Assembly (NCBI GenBank): GCA_045401115.1
Contig: CP174359.1
Span: forward strand, 122,288-186,287
Origin: Candidatus Phycocordibacter aenigmaticus
GTDB taxonomy: Bacteria > Patescibacteriota > Minisyncoccia > Phycocordibacterales > Phycocordibacteraceae
DNA length: 64,000 bases
Direction of reading: 5' to 3'
Under the pieces are notes generated by a model. It did no database searches. It saw nothing but the letters and a program-made list of their open reading frames with translations, and was not told the origin of the DNA. The position numbers and the translations under genes are program-made. Below are positions 19,201-27,592 of this stretch, piece by piece (the first letter of the stretch is position 1; each line of letters opens with the position of its first letter).

Positions 19201-19295
19201 CTCTGCCTCCTGTTAGGATCGTCCCGGAATAGCGGACTTTTGTAGGCACGCTTCGCGCACCTAAAAAGCTCTCGCTTTCCTGGACGCGGCCTCGA
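19201..19295. repeat. ~90-bp direct repeat copy 1 with a tRNA-Arg(TCT) 3'-end-like segment (att-like)
   Basis: tctgcctcctgttaggatcgtcccggaatagcgg... The first 18 bp match the tRNA-Arg 3' end (tgcctcctgtaggaatcg at 19431-19448) with 1 indel. Confidence 0.6.
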
Positions 19296-19430
19296 ATGTT
19301 TTGCTCCGTGAATTCTCCGCAAAACATATACTCCGGCCGTTCGATTCCTAACGCAAACCAAGAAATTGGTCTGCTCAAAGGCACCTTTAAAGAAAAAATC
19401 GCCAACTGCTTGGCGATTTGTATCTTTGGG

Positions 19431-19502
19431 TGCCTCCTGTAGGAATCGAACCCACATCGAGTGGATAGAAGCCACTTGTTTTATCCATTAAACTAAGGAG
19501 GC
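19431..19502 (-). tRNA. tRNA-Arg (anticodon TCT)
   Basis: Revcomp GCCTCCTTAGTTTAATGGATAAAACAAGTGGCTTCTATCCACTCGATGTGGGTTCGATTCCTACAGGAGGCA; anticodon loop CTTCTAT. A downstream terminator-like hairpin aaaaaatcgccaactgcttggcgattt lies at 19394-19420. Confidence 0.85.
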
Positions 19503-19533
19503 TTTTATAGACTACCCCTTCCACGACAAAGGT

Positions 19534-19839
19534 TCAAGACGGGTCATTCATCTCAGGGCGTTGCACATTACCCGCTTCGTAGTTAGTCTCTCTTCGCTCA
19601 TACGTCTCTAACACTTCTTGCAGCTCAGTGCGCGGCATACGCGGCGTTGGTGCAGCGTCTCCTGAAAGCACATCATTCACTCCGTCTGCTTTAAAAGTAA
19701 AAAAGAAATTTACTGCAATAAGCGAAACGATAAGCACCAACACGACAACAATTCCAAGCAAACCATACCAATCACGAATCGGCGAAGGGGTGCCAAACTC
19801 AAGAATTGTGTTCCATATATTAATTATTTTTTTCATCAT
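19534..19839 (-). CDS. Hypothetical single-TM membrane protein, first gene of the pilM-N-O operon direction
   Basis: 101 aa; TM LLGIVVVLVLIVSLIAVNFFF. Confidence 0.4.
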   Translation of the reverse strand: MMKKIINIWNTILEFGTPSPIRDWYGLLGIVVVLVLIVSLIAVNFFFTFKADGVNDVLSGDAAPTPRMPRTELQEVLETYERRETNYEAGNVQRPEMNDPS

Positions 19840-19841
19840 AT

Positions 19842-20360
19842 CTATTCAAGCGGTTTTGCTTTAATAAAACGTGCAGTGAACGAACCAAACCACGCGCGCG
19901 CACCCGCATCTTCTAAAATACTTTGGTCAATACGCGTCGCTTGTGGTAATTTCTCTAATACTGCAATAAAGCCAATAATATTTTCGAAACGTCCTTCGAG
20001 CGAAAATGCAACATCAACACGTTCGTGATGTTTCCAGTCAGCTGACGCAATTAATACTTCAGAAATATTAATAGCCACTCCTTCTTCTACAGCCAGCCGT
20101 TCTAATGTTTCAATCACTGACACAACGTCATTTTCACCAATAACAAAATTATCGAGCCGGCTTCGTTCTTCTGTAACGTCATCTAAAAAAGTGCGGATTG
20201 AAGTTGCAGTTGCGTCCTGCCGCATTAACATTTGTGCATCTTCGGTCGCTACTTGTATCTGCTCTATCGAGCGAGAAACTCCACTATACAAAAAACCATA
20301 CCCTACAAAAAATATAACGGTCACAATACTCACAACAATAAGTGGGATAATATTTTTCAT
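19842..20360 (-). CDS. pilO: Type IV pilus assembly protein PilO-like
   Basis: 172 aa; N-terminal TM then coiled-coil/ferredoxin-like region; position after pilM-pilN. Confidence 0.6.
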   Translation of the reverse strand: MKNIIPLIVVSIVTVIFFVGYGFLYSGVSRSIEQIQVATEDAQMLMRQDATATSIRTFLDDVTEERSRLDNFVIGENDVVSVIETLERLAVEEGVAINISEVLIASADWKHHERVDVAFSLEGRFENIIGFIAVLEKLPQATRIDQSILEDAGARAWFGSFTARFIKAKPLE

Positions 20361-20362
20361 AA

Positions 20363-20899
20363 TTACTTTTTATATCTCATTTCTAGTGAAAACTCGGTGT
20401 TACTTTCACTGACTAACTGTGACACCGGTAGTGTCACACCACTTAAACGAGGACTTTCTCGTAAAGACTCTACAAACACCAAAAGATTTTGGCGCGTATT
20501 TGCGCTCCCTTTTAAAGCAACGGTCACTTCATCATTCTTATGAACCAAAGAAATATATGAAACAGCGATACCGCCGGTAATACGTTCATTAAACACATCG
20601 AAAAAATCTGCCATGACAGTGTCTGTGTGGTAGCTATTTAAAATAGTCACCCGTTCTTTTAATTCAGACAGTAGTGTCGTGGCATTTGTTCCTTCTTGTA
20701 AACCAACTGTCCCTTTAAGGGCATCACGATACCGTTCCACCGAAAGCGCTGTGTTCTGTGCAGAAAAAAAACTTGGCACTAACAGCACATTGCCAATAAA
20801 AAGCGCGACACTCATACCAGATAAAAGCAATATTCCGAAACGGATATAATACTGACGCATGAGTCGTTTCTTGTTTTTTTGCGGCAATAAATTAATCAT
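20363..20899 (-). CDS. pilN: Type IV pilus assembly protein PilN
   Basis: Begins MINLLPQKNKKRL, the canonical PilN N-terminus, followed by a TM. Confidence 0.75.
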   Translation of the reverse strand: MINLLPQKNKKRLMRQYYIRFGILLLSGMSVALFIGNVLLVPSFFSAQNTALSVERYRDALKGTVGLQEGTNATTLLSELKERVTILNSYHTDTVMADFFDVFNERITGGIAVSYISLVHKNDEVTVALKGSANTRQNLLVFVESLRESPRLSGVTLPVSQLVSESNTEFSLEMRYKK

Positions 20900-21987
20900 A
20901 GAAAATTCTTGTTATTACACGAACGCAGCGCAAGTCCTACGGTTGCCGCGTACTCTAAAGAAGTAGTATGAGGTAGTGCTGGAACATAACGGTCAAAAGA
21001 AAAAGCATTCGTCCATACATTACCAACCCGTACCGGCACATTAAGGCTCCGAGAAAGATATTCAGGCAGTCCTTTTAAATTAGCATTACCACCGACAAGA
21101 ATAATACTTTCCACTGGATGTGAAGTGAACTCTTTTTCATATGAAGAATCCCAATATGTCACATGTCGTTCCACTTCATCTTTAAATACGGAAATGGTAG
21201 CCATTAACGTTTCATACAGTTCTCGATTTTCCCCGCCTTCTAAAAAACCACGTGTATTTTTTATTTTTTCAGCTTCGTCCGCGTCAACATTAAAATGCTT
21301 CATAACCGCAGTGGTTAATGTTTCACCCCCTACATCAACGGTTACTGTAAAACCAACAACACCGTGTTCAAATATTGCAATACGTGTTGTCTTTTTTCCA
21401 AAATCAACCACCATCGTGGTGTGCTTCTTATCTTCTGGAGACAGCACCGCGCGTCCCAATGCTTGTGACTCCACTTCAAGTGAACGCAATGTGATCCCGG
21501 CATCATTAAAAACTTGCTGATACAACTCAATAACGCGTTTTGCATATGCCGTTACACTCACATGGGTCCCCTCTCCGTCACGTTGCACAACTTCAAAATC
21601 AAACACTACATCGTTCGGCGGAATCGGCACATGTGACTCGAGAGAAAATTCAACCGCTGCGCGCAAATTACGTTCACTACTTGGTACCCACGTTTGATAT
21701 AAATATGCTTTTCGTTCAGAAAGTGATGCGTGCGCAAAACGAATTCTTTCTCGTAGACGTAATGAACGGAGTAACTCAACCATTTTATCTGGTTGCTCAA
21801 TATCACCGTCAACAACCACTCCTTCGGCAAGCGGTGTCTCGCGATACGACTGAAGTACGCACCCTGCTCTCTGTTGTGCCAACACCATTGACTTAACTGA
21901 GTGTGAACCAATATCAATCCCCGCACCACTCATTGCAAGGTATTGTGGCGGTGGAAACATTCTTGCGGTACGCGAAAAGAATTGCAT
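20896..21987 (-). CDS. pilM: Type IV pilus assembly protein PilM (actin-like ATPase fold)
   Basis: 363 aa; GIDIGSHSVKSMVL ... VVDFGKKTTRIAIFEHG ... IILVGGNANLKGLPEYL. Confidence 0.8.
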   Translation of the reverse strand: MQFFSRTARMFPPPQYLAMSGAGIDIGSHSVKSMVLAQQRAGCVLQSYRETPLAEGVVVDGDIEQPDKMVELLRSLRLRERIRFAHASLSERKAYLYQTWVPSSERNLRAAVEFSLESHVPIPPNDVVFDFEVVQRDGEGTHVSVTAYAKRVIELYQQVFNDAGITLRSLEVESQALGRAVLSPEDKKHTTMVVDFGKKTTRIAIFEHGVVGFTVTVDVGGETLTTAVMKHFNVDADEAEKIKNTRGFLEGGENRELYETLMATISVFKDEVERHVTYWDSSYEKEFTSHPVESIILVGGNANLKGLPEYLSRSLNVPVRVGNVWTNAFSFDRYVPALPHTTSLEYAATVGLALRSCNNKNFL

Positions 21988-22051
21988 GTATACGTATTAT
22001 ACAGTTCTCTGTGCATTCACTACATACTTTGAATACACACTCCGTATTTTC

Positions 22052-22702
22052 TTACATGCGCAATAAAAGAAATACATTAAACGCGGCTAAAGCAATAACG
22101 CCGCTCATCAACGCAGTAACAATAGTCGTACGTGTAGCAATGCGTCCAAGACGTGGCAACACTGCAATACCAAACATATGTGTAATAGTCGCCACAATAC
22201 CGTAGCGAAGTGTGCGTCCAATAATAGAAGCGAGTATAAAAACAAAGAAATCAACGCGTAATATACCTGCCGCTAAAATAACAGGAGTATACGGTATTGG
22301 TGAAAACGCACCGACAAAAACTCCAACAAATGCATACCCTGCCAAAGCGATTTGGGCATGCGCGAGCGCTTCGCTCCACCCCAGCATCGCAATGAGCGGC
22401 GCAAACACTGTGTCGTACATCGCTATAATTGCTACATACAATGCCGCCGCACCAATGACACTAGTCGTAACTGCAACGAACACTAAGTAAGGGACCCGGC
22501 GTGGGTTAGCTAACACTAACAGTGCCAAGAAAATATCAGTGGGTACCGGCAAAATAACCGATTCAAAAAAAGAATACACACCGAGCCACCATACAGCGAC
22601 TTTTTTCTGTGCCAAACGACGGAACCACTCCCATGAATCACGCACATACAGCGTAATATCAATATCTGTTTTTTTGTTACCTGGATCGGTGTGCTGCATC
22701 AT
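22052..22702 (-). CDS. DedA/YqaA-family (SNARE-associated) membrane protein
   Basis: 216 aa; FFESVILPVPTDIFL motif; multiple TMs. Confidence 0.65.
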   Translation of the reverse strand: MMQHTDPGNKKTDIDITLYVRDSWEWFRRLAQKKVAVWWLGVYSFFESVILPVPTDIFLALLVLANPRRVPYLVFVAVTTSVIGAAALYVAIIAMYDTVFAPLIAMLGWSEALAHAQIALAGYAFVGVFVGAFSPIPYTPVILAAGILRVDFFVFILASIIGRTLRYGIVATITHMFGIAVLPRLGRIATRTTIVTALMSGVIALAAFNVFLLLRM

Positions 22703-23028
22703 TAATGAATTATACTTCCCGGCGGCACTGTTTGTGACACAGTAGGAATAGTCAACGATTCTCCTTCTCCGGTTACCAAAAGCATGCCTTGTGAGGTCAA
22801 CCCACGCAACACACGTGGCGCTAAGTTAGTTACAAACATAAACTGCCGCTCTACCAACTCTTTTGGATCGCAGTACTCAGCAATACCTGAAAGGATTTGA
22901 CGTGGTGTCTCTTCGCCAAGATCAACTTCGAGTCGTAGTAATTTATCGGCACTCGGCACGCGTTCAGCAACCAACACGGTTCCTACACGCAGCTCAACTT
23001 TTGCAAAATCATCAATTGAAATATTCAT
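22702..23028 (-). CDS. tRNA-binding domain protein (CsaA-like), second paralog
   Basis: FAKVELRVGTVLVAERVPSADKLLRLEVDLGEE...FMFVTNLAPR. Confidence 0.7.
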   Translation of the reverse strand: MNISIDDFAKVELRVGTVLVAERVPSADKLLRLEVDLGEETPRQILSGIAEYCDPKELVERQFMFVTNLAPRVLRGLTSQGMLLVTGEGESLTIPTVSQTVPPGSIIH

Positions 23029-23423
23029 ATATCACTCCTATTTAAGTAACTGTTAAGTATTATGGCGGCGGCATGCGCATCAACAACACCATCCCCTTTC
23101 CCTCGCACCCCTTCACTTGCTAAACGACGCGCCTCATGAGAAGTATAAAACTCCGGTTCAAAAAACACCGGGATAGCTGCTTTTTTTTGCAATGACGCAG
23201 CAAAAGCACGGATAGCATCCATCAATTCATTTTCCTCTCCGGTAAGTTTTTTTGACTCACCAATAACTACCCCTTCTACCTCCTCAGCTTCAATCAACGC
23301 AAGCACCTCATCAACAAGAGATGACGTATTGGACAACACAGTTTTAGGAAACGCCATCGTCCCGCGCGCATCGGAAACTGCTACGCCGACACGCTTCGTT
23401 CCATAATCTATACCAAGAAGTTT
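23025..23423 (-). CDS. ruvX: Holliday-junction resolvase-like YqgF/RuvX
   Basis: MKLLGIDYGTKRVGVAVSD motif. Confidence 0.85.
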   Translation of the reverse strand, partial: KLLGIDYGTKRVGVAVSDARGTMAFPKTVLSNTSSLVDEVLALIEAEEVEGVVIGESKKLTGEENELMDAIRAFAASLQKKAAIPVFFEPEFYTSHEARRLASEGVRGKGDGVVDAHAAAIILNSYLNRSDI

Positions 23424-23685
23424 CATTCCTTTGGGTGTCTGTATGTCGTGCTCAAACATAATTAAGATGCTTTCGTTCTTCAGTATACCGCAGGCAGAGT
23501 TACGGTATAAAAACTACCATTGGCTTTTCCTTAGGGGCGCTCTGTGGTAATCTCGTGGTACCCCGCTCCCGTAAGCAGAGCTTGCGTGAGCGTGTGGTAA
23601 GGCACTATGCTCCCGTAAGAAAATCTTTCGGGAGCTGCACTCGAAGGTCATGTGAGAGCACGCTCTCCCGCGACCCTTCTCGTTT

Positions 23686-23757
23686 GCTCCCGTAGTTTAA
23701 TGGATAAAATATCGGTTTGCGGTACCGACGCTCCAGGTTCGACTCCTGGCGGGAGCA
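23686..23757 (+). tRNA. tRNA-Arg with an unusual GCG anticodon
   Basis: GCTCCCGTAGTTTAATGGATAAAATATCGGTTTGCGGTACCGACGCTCCAGGTTCGACTCCTGGCGGGAGCA; anticodon stem TCGGT/ACCGA, loop TTGCGGT. The D-arm is shared with tRNA-Arg(TCT). Confidence 0.65.
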
Positions 23758-23817
23758 CAAAGACAAAAATCACCAACTGCTTGGTGATTTTTCGCTTTGT
23801 GCTAGGCGGAGGCATGT

Positions 23818-23972
23818 TTCATTTTTGTTGTAATTCGTGACAAAAATAAAAAGCCTTGAGTGTATTCGCTTCGCTCTCACGGGTAAAAGCTACCTGCTGT
23901 CGCTTTTACCGGGTCGAGCGCACTTAGTATTTTTAGAACGTAGTGAATAAAAATAGTTAGTGACGGGTGACC
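23818..23972 (+). repeat. tRNA-associated mosaic repeat, locus 3 (U1-U2-U3-U4, with a ~60-bp insertion in U2)
   Basis: ttcatttttgttgtaattcgtgacaaaaataaa...gagcgcacttagtatttttagaacgtagtgaataaaaatagttagtgacgggtgacc; reverse-complement homolog at 31897-32003. Confidence 0.7.
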
Positions 23973-24101
23973 ACAAAATTAAAACTGCCTGAAGAGGTGG
24001 TTTTTTAATAGTGATCCCGTCAGGAGTCGAACGGGAAAGGGATCGGGAAAACACGTTGTTTCCCCGTGGAGGAAGTGGTGACGATTGAGTAAATCAAAGA
24101 A

Positions 24102-24878
24102 TCAAGCTGTCTTTGCTGTACTCATTAAGTCACTAAGTCTTATTTCCTTTTGTTTCAAACGACCGTCTTGATGAAAACCAGTAATTGCATTTATGGTTTC
24201 ATTTTGATCAATCTGTTCAAGATATTCTTTTGCGTACAAATTAAGTGCTGTAAGAAGTCCGTCGCCCATATCATGAGAAGTAACTTCTACAACAATCTTA
24301 TTCTGGCCATTTATTCTCTCTTGTTGGAAATATTTAACTGTTCGTAGTGAATCAAGTCTTTCAAAAAACAAATGTATGGTTCCATTTCTTGTTGTTAACA
24401 AAGGGGTTTCATTATGATGACACAAATTGCGTATATCCATTTCGATTTTAAACCAATCCTCATTTTCAATATATCTAGTACATAAAGTGCCAGTAATCCT
24501 ATCATCAATTACTTTGAGCAAATCGTAAATACTATGAACAGTATTTAAGTACGCCTCCATAGAGGCCATCCATCTATGCTCAAAACGATAAGGGTTTATA
24601 TTACGTCTCATGTTCTGATTAAGTACTTTCCTTTCTAGTTTCTGCATCTCACCAACCTGGTATCTCATTTGTTCGACTCTTTTATTTAAGTCTTGCATGA
24701 TGTATTTCATATCTTCGTTACCACCACGACGACGGTTAGTAACTAAATTTTGACCAAAATAATAAAAGAGGTCTAGAAATGTAAACTGGTCTTTTTTTAT
24801 AAAACTATAAATACTAATATCAGGAACTAAAACAACTAGTCTTTGCCCATCTGTGGTTGTTCCAATTATTTTTTTCAT
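24102..24878 (-). CDS. Hypothetical cytoplasmic protein (258 aa) on a low-GC islet
   Basis: Long ORF in an AT-rich (~30% GC) segment; no recognisable motif. Confidence 0.5.
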   Translation of the reverse strand: MKKIIGTTTDGQRLVVLVPDISIYSFIKKDQFTFLDLFYYFGQNLVTNRRRGGNEDMKYIMQDLNKRVEQMRYQVGEMQKLERKVLNQNMRRNINPYRFEHRWMASMEAYLNTVHSIYDLLKVIDDRITGTLCTRYIENEDWFKIEMDIRNLCHHNETPLLTTRNGTIHLFFERLDSLRTVKYFQQERINGQNKIVVEVTSHDMGDGLLTALNLYAKEYLEQIDQNETINAITGFHQDGRLKQKEIRLSDLMSTAKTA

Positions 24879-24962
24879 ATCTATATTCTATAATAAATAA
24901 CCTCAGCAACAGCCCGACATGGGGGGGGTAGGAATCCCGCTTCCCGAGGCTGGCGCCTAATT

Positions 24963-25538
24963 TTAAAAACAGACCAGAGAGCCAAGTAGTGAAAATGTAC
25001 CTAAAATCATCAAGATATAAACTATCTGAGAATAAATTTGAGGTGCTTTTCGGTCACTGTCATTTTTAAAAAGATTGATGGACTTTTTATCAGTTTCATT
25101 AAGGTTAATAAAATCCTGTTTACTAATTTTTTTAGTCTCAAGCCAATTATTATATAGAATTAAAAACTTCTCATTTCTTGTGTTGTAAAAGTCGGAATAT
25201 TTTTTACGCTCTGCCTCAATATCATTAAATTCAGCTTGGTATTTCTGTTGCACCCACCACAACCCATAGAATAGCCCTCCGAGAAGCAAGACTTCCCCCG
25301 CCATGAATAAAGACATAGTTTTTACAAAGTCTAAGGCTGTAAAACCAAAACCCGCAATTAAACCAATTACCCCAATCACGGTTGTGGCAAATCCTATTGA
25401 TTTGAAATAGACATCTAACTGCTTCGTGCCTAAATCGCCAAATATTTCACTTTGTAATCGAAAATTACTTGAACCAAACGATTCATAAAATTCTTTAAAT
25501 TCTTCATCATTTAGACTAATTTTATCTTCTGTGTTCAT
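24963..25538 (-). CDS. Hypothetical membrane protein (191 aa, ~3 TM) on a low-GC islet
   Basis: TM segments TTVIGVIGLIAGFGFTAL, MSLFMAGEVLLLGGLFYGLWW and a C-terminal IVYILMILGTFSLLGSLVCF. Confidence 0.45.
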   Translation of the reverse strand: MNTEDKISLNDEEFKEFYESFGSSNFRLQSEIFGDLGTKQLDVYFKSIGFATTVIGVIGLIAGFGFTALDFVKTMSLFMAGEVLLLGGLFYGLWWVQQKYQAEFNDIEAERKKYSDFYNTRNEKFLILYNNWLETKKISKQDFINLNETDKKSINLFKNDSDRKAPQIYSQIVYILMILGTFSLLGSLVCF

Positions 25539-25600
25539 AATCTAATTCTACCGCAACACAAGAAAATATCTGCCAACAAGCTCCCTCGAGCCAACTCTAT

Positions 25601-25627
25601 GTGACGGAGGGAGTGGGATTCACTGCA
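25601..25627. repeat. Direct repeat of the tRNA-Ser 3' end (att-like)
   Basis: gacggagggagtgggattcactgcacc versus tRNA 25749-25771 tgcggagggagtgggattcgaaccc. A more degenerate copy ccgtggaggaagtggtgacgatt lies at ~24057-24079. Confidence 0.6.
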
Positions 25628-25748
25628 CCGCTACATTTTCTAATCGCTTCACTCAAGAAAATCTACGCTCCCAGCACCTTGCTTCTCATCCCACTGCTCC
25701 TTATATAAAACAAAAGAACTGGCGCGAAGCCAGTTCTTTTGTTTAATG

Positions 25749-25835
25749 CGGAGGGAGTGGGATTCGAACCCACGGACCCCGTTAAGGGTCTCTGGTTTTC
25801 AAGACCAGCGCCTTCGACCACTCAGCCATCCCTCC
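25749..25835 (-). tRNA. tRNA-Ser (anticodon TGA), long variable arm
   Basis: Revcomp GGAGGGATGGCTGAGTGGTCGAAGGCGCTGGTCTTGAAAACCAGAGACCCTTAACGGGGTCCGTGGGTTCGAATCCCACTCCCTCCG. Confidence 0.85.
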
Positions 25836-25846
25836 TTTCGTAAACC

Positions 25847-26119
25847 TTATTCAGGTTTGGTCTCTTCTGTGCCAACATCCTCTTTAAGAGCAGGTCGGCC
25901 TACTGCAAAGATATAGATTATTTCAAGAATTGCAACCGTGTTTAAAACTAGAATGGCAACGAACCACCATTTGTGACGATTCCGCGCCGCAACCCATAAC
26001 GCATATCCTTTCCATGGCAATGTCCATAGCGCAATAAAAAGAAGGGTCCACATTGTTTCAGTTCCAAACATGTGGGGCTGATTATAGCACCAAGCACCAA
26101 AGGGTACCAGAGAAATCAC
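25847..26119 (-). CDS. Small hypothetical membrane protein (2 TM)
   Basis: 90-aa ORF; hydrophobic W-rich helices. Confidence 0.35.
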   Translation of the reverse strand: MISLVPFGAWCYNQPHMFGTETMWTLLFIALWTLPWKGYALWVAARNRHKWWFVAILVLNTVAILEIIYIFAVGRPALKEDVGTEETKPE

Positions 26120-26127
26120 TCTCTATT

Positions 26128-26625
26128 TTACAAACCAATAGCGCGGGCAATATTGTCGGTAATAGTTTCAAGTGAATCAATCTCGTCAATACTTCTATTC
26201 TTTAGTTCAGTGCGTATTAGACGATAATCCACATCTTTCAGAGGAATAGATGTAGTTCCTAATAACGTATCGGTGGCAATCACTAAAGCAGGCACCGGCT
26301 CATCTTCTTCGTGAATAGCAAACGCGCGTATTTTATTCCATGGAATAATTTGAGCATCAATATGTACTCCCGCATCACTCAACGCATAGCTGTGCATCCT
26401 ATCCGGTCGTGTACCCGCAAGCATAATGGTAAAGCCGCCAAGTACGATCAGCACTCCTAAAAGAGTGTTACCTAAAATAATACTCGATAACGCAGCTCCC
26501 ACAGAAATAATACCGACTGTCCAGTACCAGTTAGAAGTCTTTGGTGCACATCCATCTTCCTTTGCTCGCCACGCTACGTTTTTTTCCATACGTATATTGT
26601 AACGTGTGTTTTTCTCTTGCACCAT
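26128..26625 (-). CDS. Hypothetical membrane protein (2 TM near the N-terminus)
   Basis: 165-aa ORF. Confidence 0.4.
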   Translation of the reverse strand: MVQEKNTRYNIRMEKNVAWRAKEDGCAPKTSNWYWTVGIISVGAALSSIILGNTLLGVLIVLGGFTIMLAGTRPDRMHSYALSDAGVHIDAQIIPWNKIRAFAIHEEDEPVPALVIATDTLLGTTSIPLKDVDYRLIRTELKNRSIDEIDSLETITDNIARAIGL

Positions 26626-26655
26626 TAAAAAACCCGACAGTCGTCGGGTTTTTTA

Positions 26656-26919
26656 TTATGCTGCTGATTTTTTAAGTTGTGCTGAAAGGCGAGATTTTTT
26701 TCGAGAACCGGTGTTCTTTTTGATAATGCCGCGTTTTACTGCTTTATCGATTGCCTTCTGAGCGGTAGATAGTGCAGCATTTTGTGTCGCACGATCTTTG
26801 CCAAGAGCTGCTGTAGCCTCTTTTACCGCTGACGCCATAGCACGTCGTACGCGTAGATTAAAAACACGCTTCCGTTCCTGAGAGCGAATTGCTTTCTGTG
26901 CGCTTTTGATAGTAGCCAT
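26656..26919 (-). CDS. rpsT: Ribosomal protein S20
   Basis: MATIKSAQKAIRSQERKRVFNLRVRRAM... Confidence 0.85.
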   Translation of the reverse strand: MATIKSAQKAIRSQERKRVFNLRVRRAMASAVKEATAALGKDRATQNAALSTAQKAIDKAVKRGIIKKNTGSRKKSRLSAQLKKSAA

Positions 26920-27001
26920 ATGTAGAGACTAGACTAGCGCATTATTCCCCTATAATCAAGCATATATAGAGGGACTCATATGATGCTGATACAATGGGTC
27001 C

Positions 27002-27580
27002 ATGATTGGCTCACTCAACGGAACTATAAAGGGTATTATCCGCGACACCGTTATTGTAGAGGTGAACGGTATTGGCTACGGCGTATACTGCCCTACCTCG
27101 ACCCTCGCCCGCGTGAGCGACGGCGACCCACTCTCCCTGTGGACCTATCTTGCTGTACGTGAAAATGCCCAAGACCTCTTCGGTTTTGAGACCCGTGATG
27201 AACTCCAATGGTTTGAACTACTCCTCACTGTTTCAGGTATTGGTCCGCGTTCAGCACTTTCTATTTTAAACAGCGCTGATATCGCCACCCTTGAATCAGC
27301 AATTGCCCATAACGACCCGGGCGTGTTAGCGGGCGCATTTGGTGTAGGCAAAAAAACATCTGAAAAAATTGTACTCGAATTACGTGAAAAAGTTGAGATT
27401 AAAAATACCGATAGCGCAGGTAAAGAGGTCGGCGGTGACGGCGATGTATTCGAAGCGTTAGTTGCCCTGGGCTACTCAGCAAAAGAAGCACGTGACACCA
27501 CACGCGCGCTTCCTAAAAATATTGAAGGTACTGAGGCACGCTTGCGTGAAGCATTGCGTATTGCCTCGCGTGGTAAGTAA
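27002..27580 (+). CDS. ruvA: Holliday junction DNA helicase RuvA
   Basis: MIGSLNGTIKG...VNGIGYGVYCP; helix-hairpin-helix LLTVSGIGPRSALSIL. Confidence 0.9.
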   Translation: MIGSLNGTIKGIIRDTVIVEVNGIGYGVYCPTSTLARVSDGDPLSLWTYLAVRENAQDLFGFETRDELQWFELLLTVSGIGPRSALSILNSADIATLESAIAHNDPGVLAGAFGVGKKTSEKIVLELREKVEIKNTDSAGKEVGGDGDVFEALVALGYSAKEARDTTRALPKNIEGTEARLREALRIASRGK

Positions 27581-27592
27581 TTTACATTATAT

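Noticed and set aside
18876-19475. ORFs 18876..19070, 19076..19405 and 19161..19475 downstream of tRNA-Arg(TCT).
   Set aside because: They are composed of the att-like direct repeats and tRNA-fragment sequences; no coding signal.
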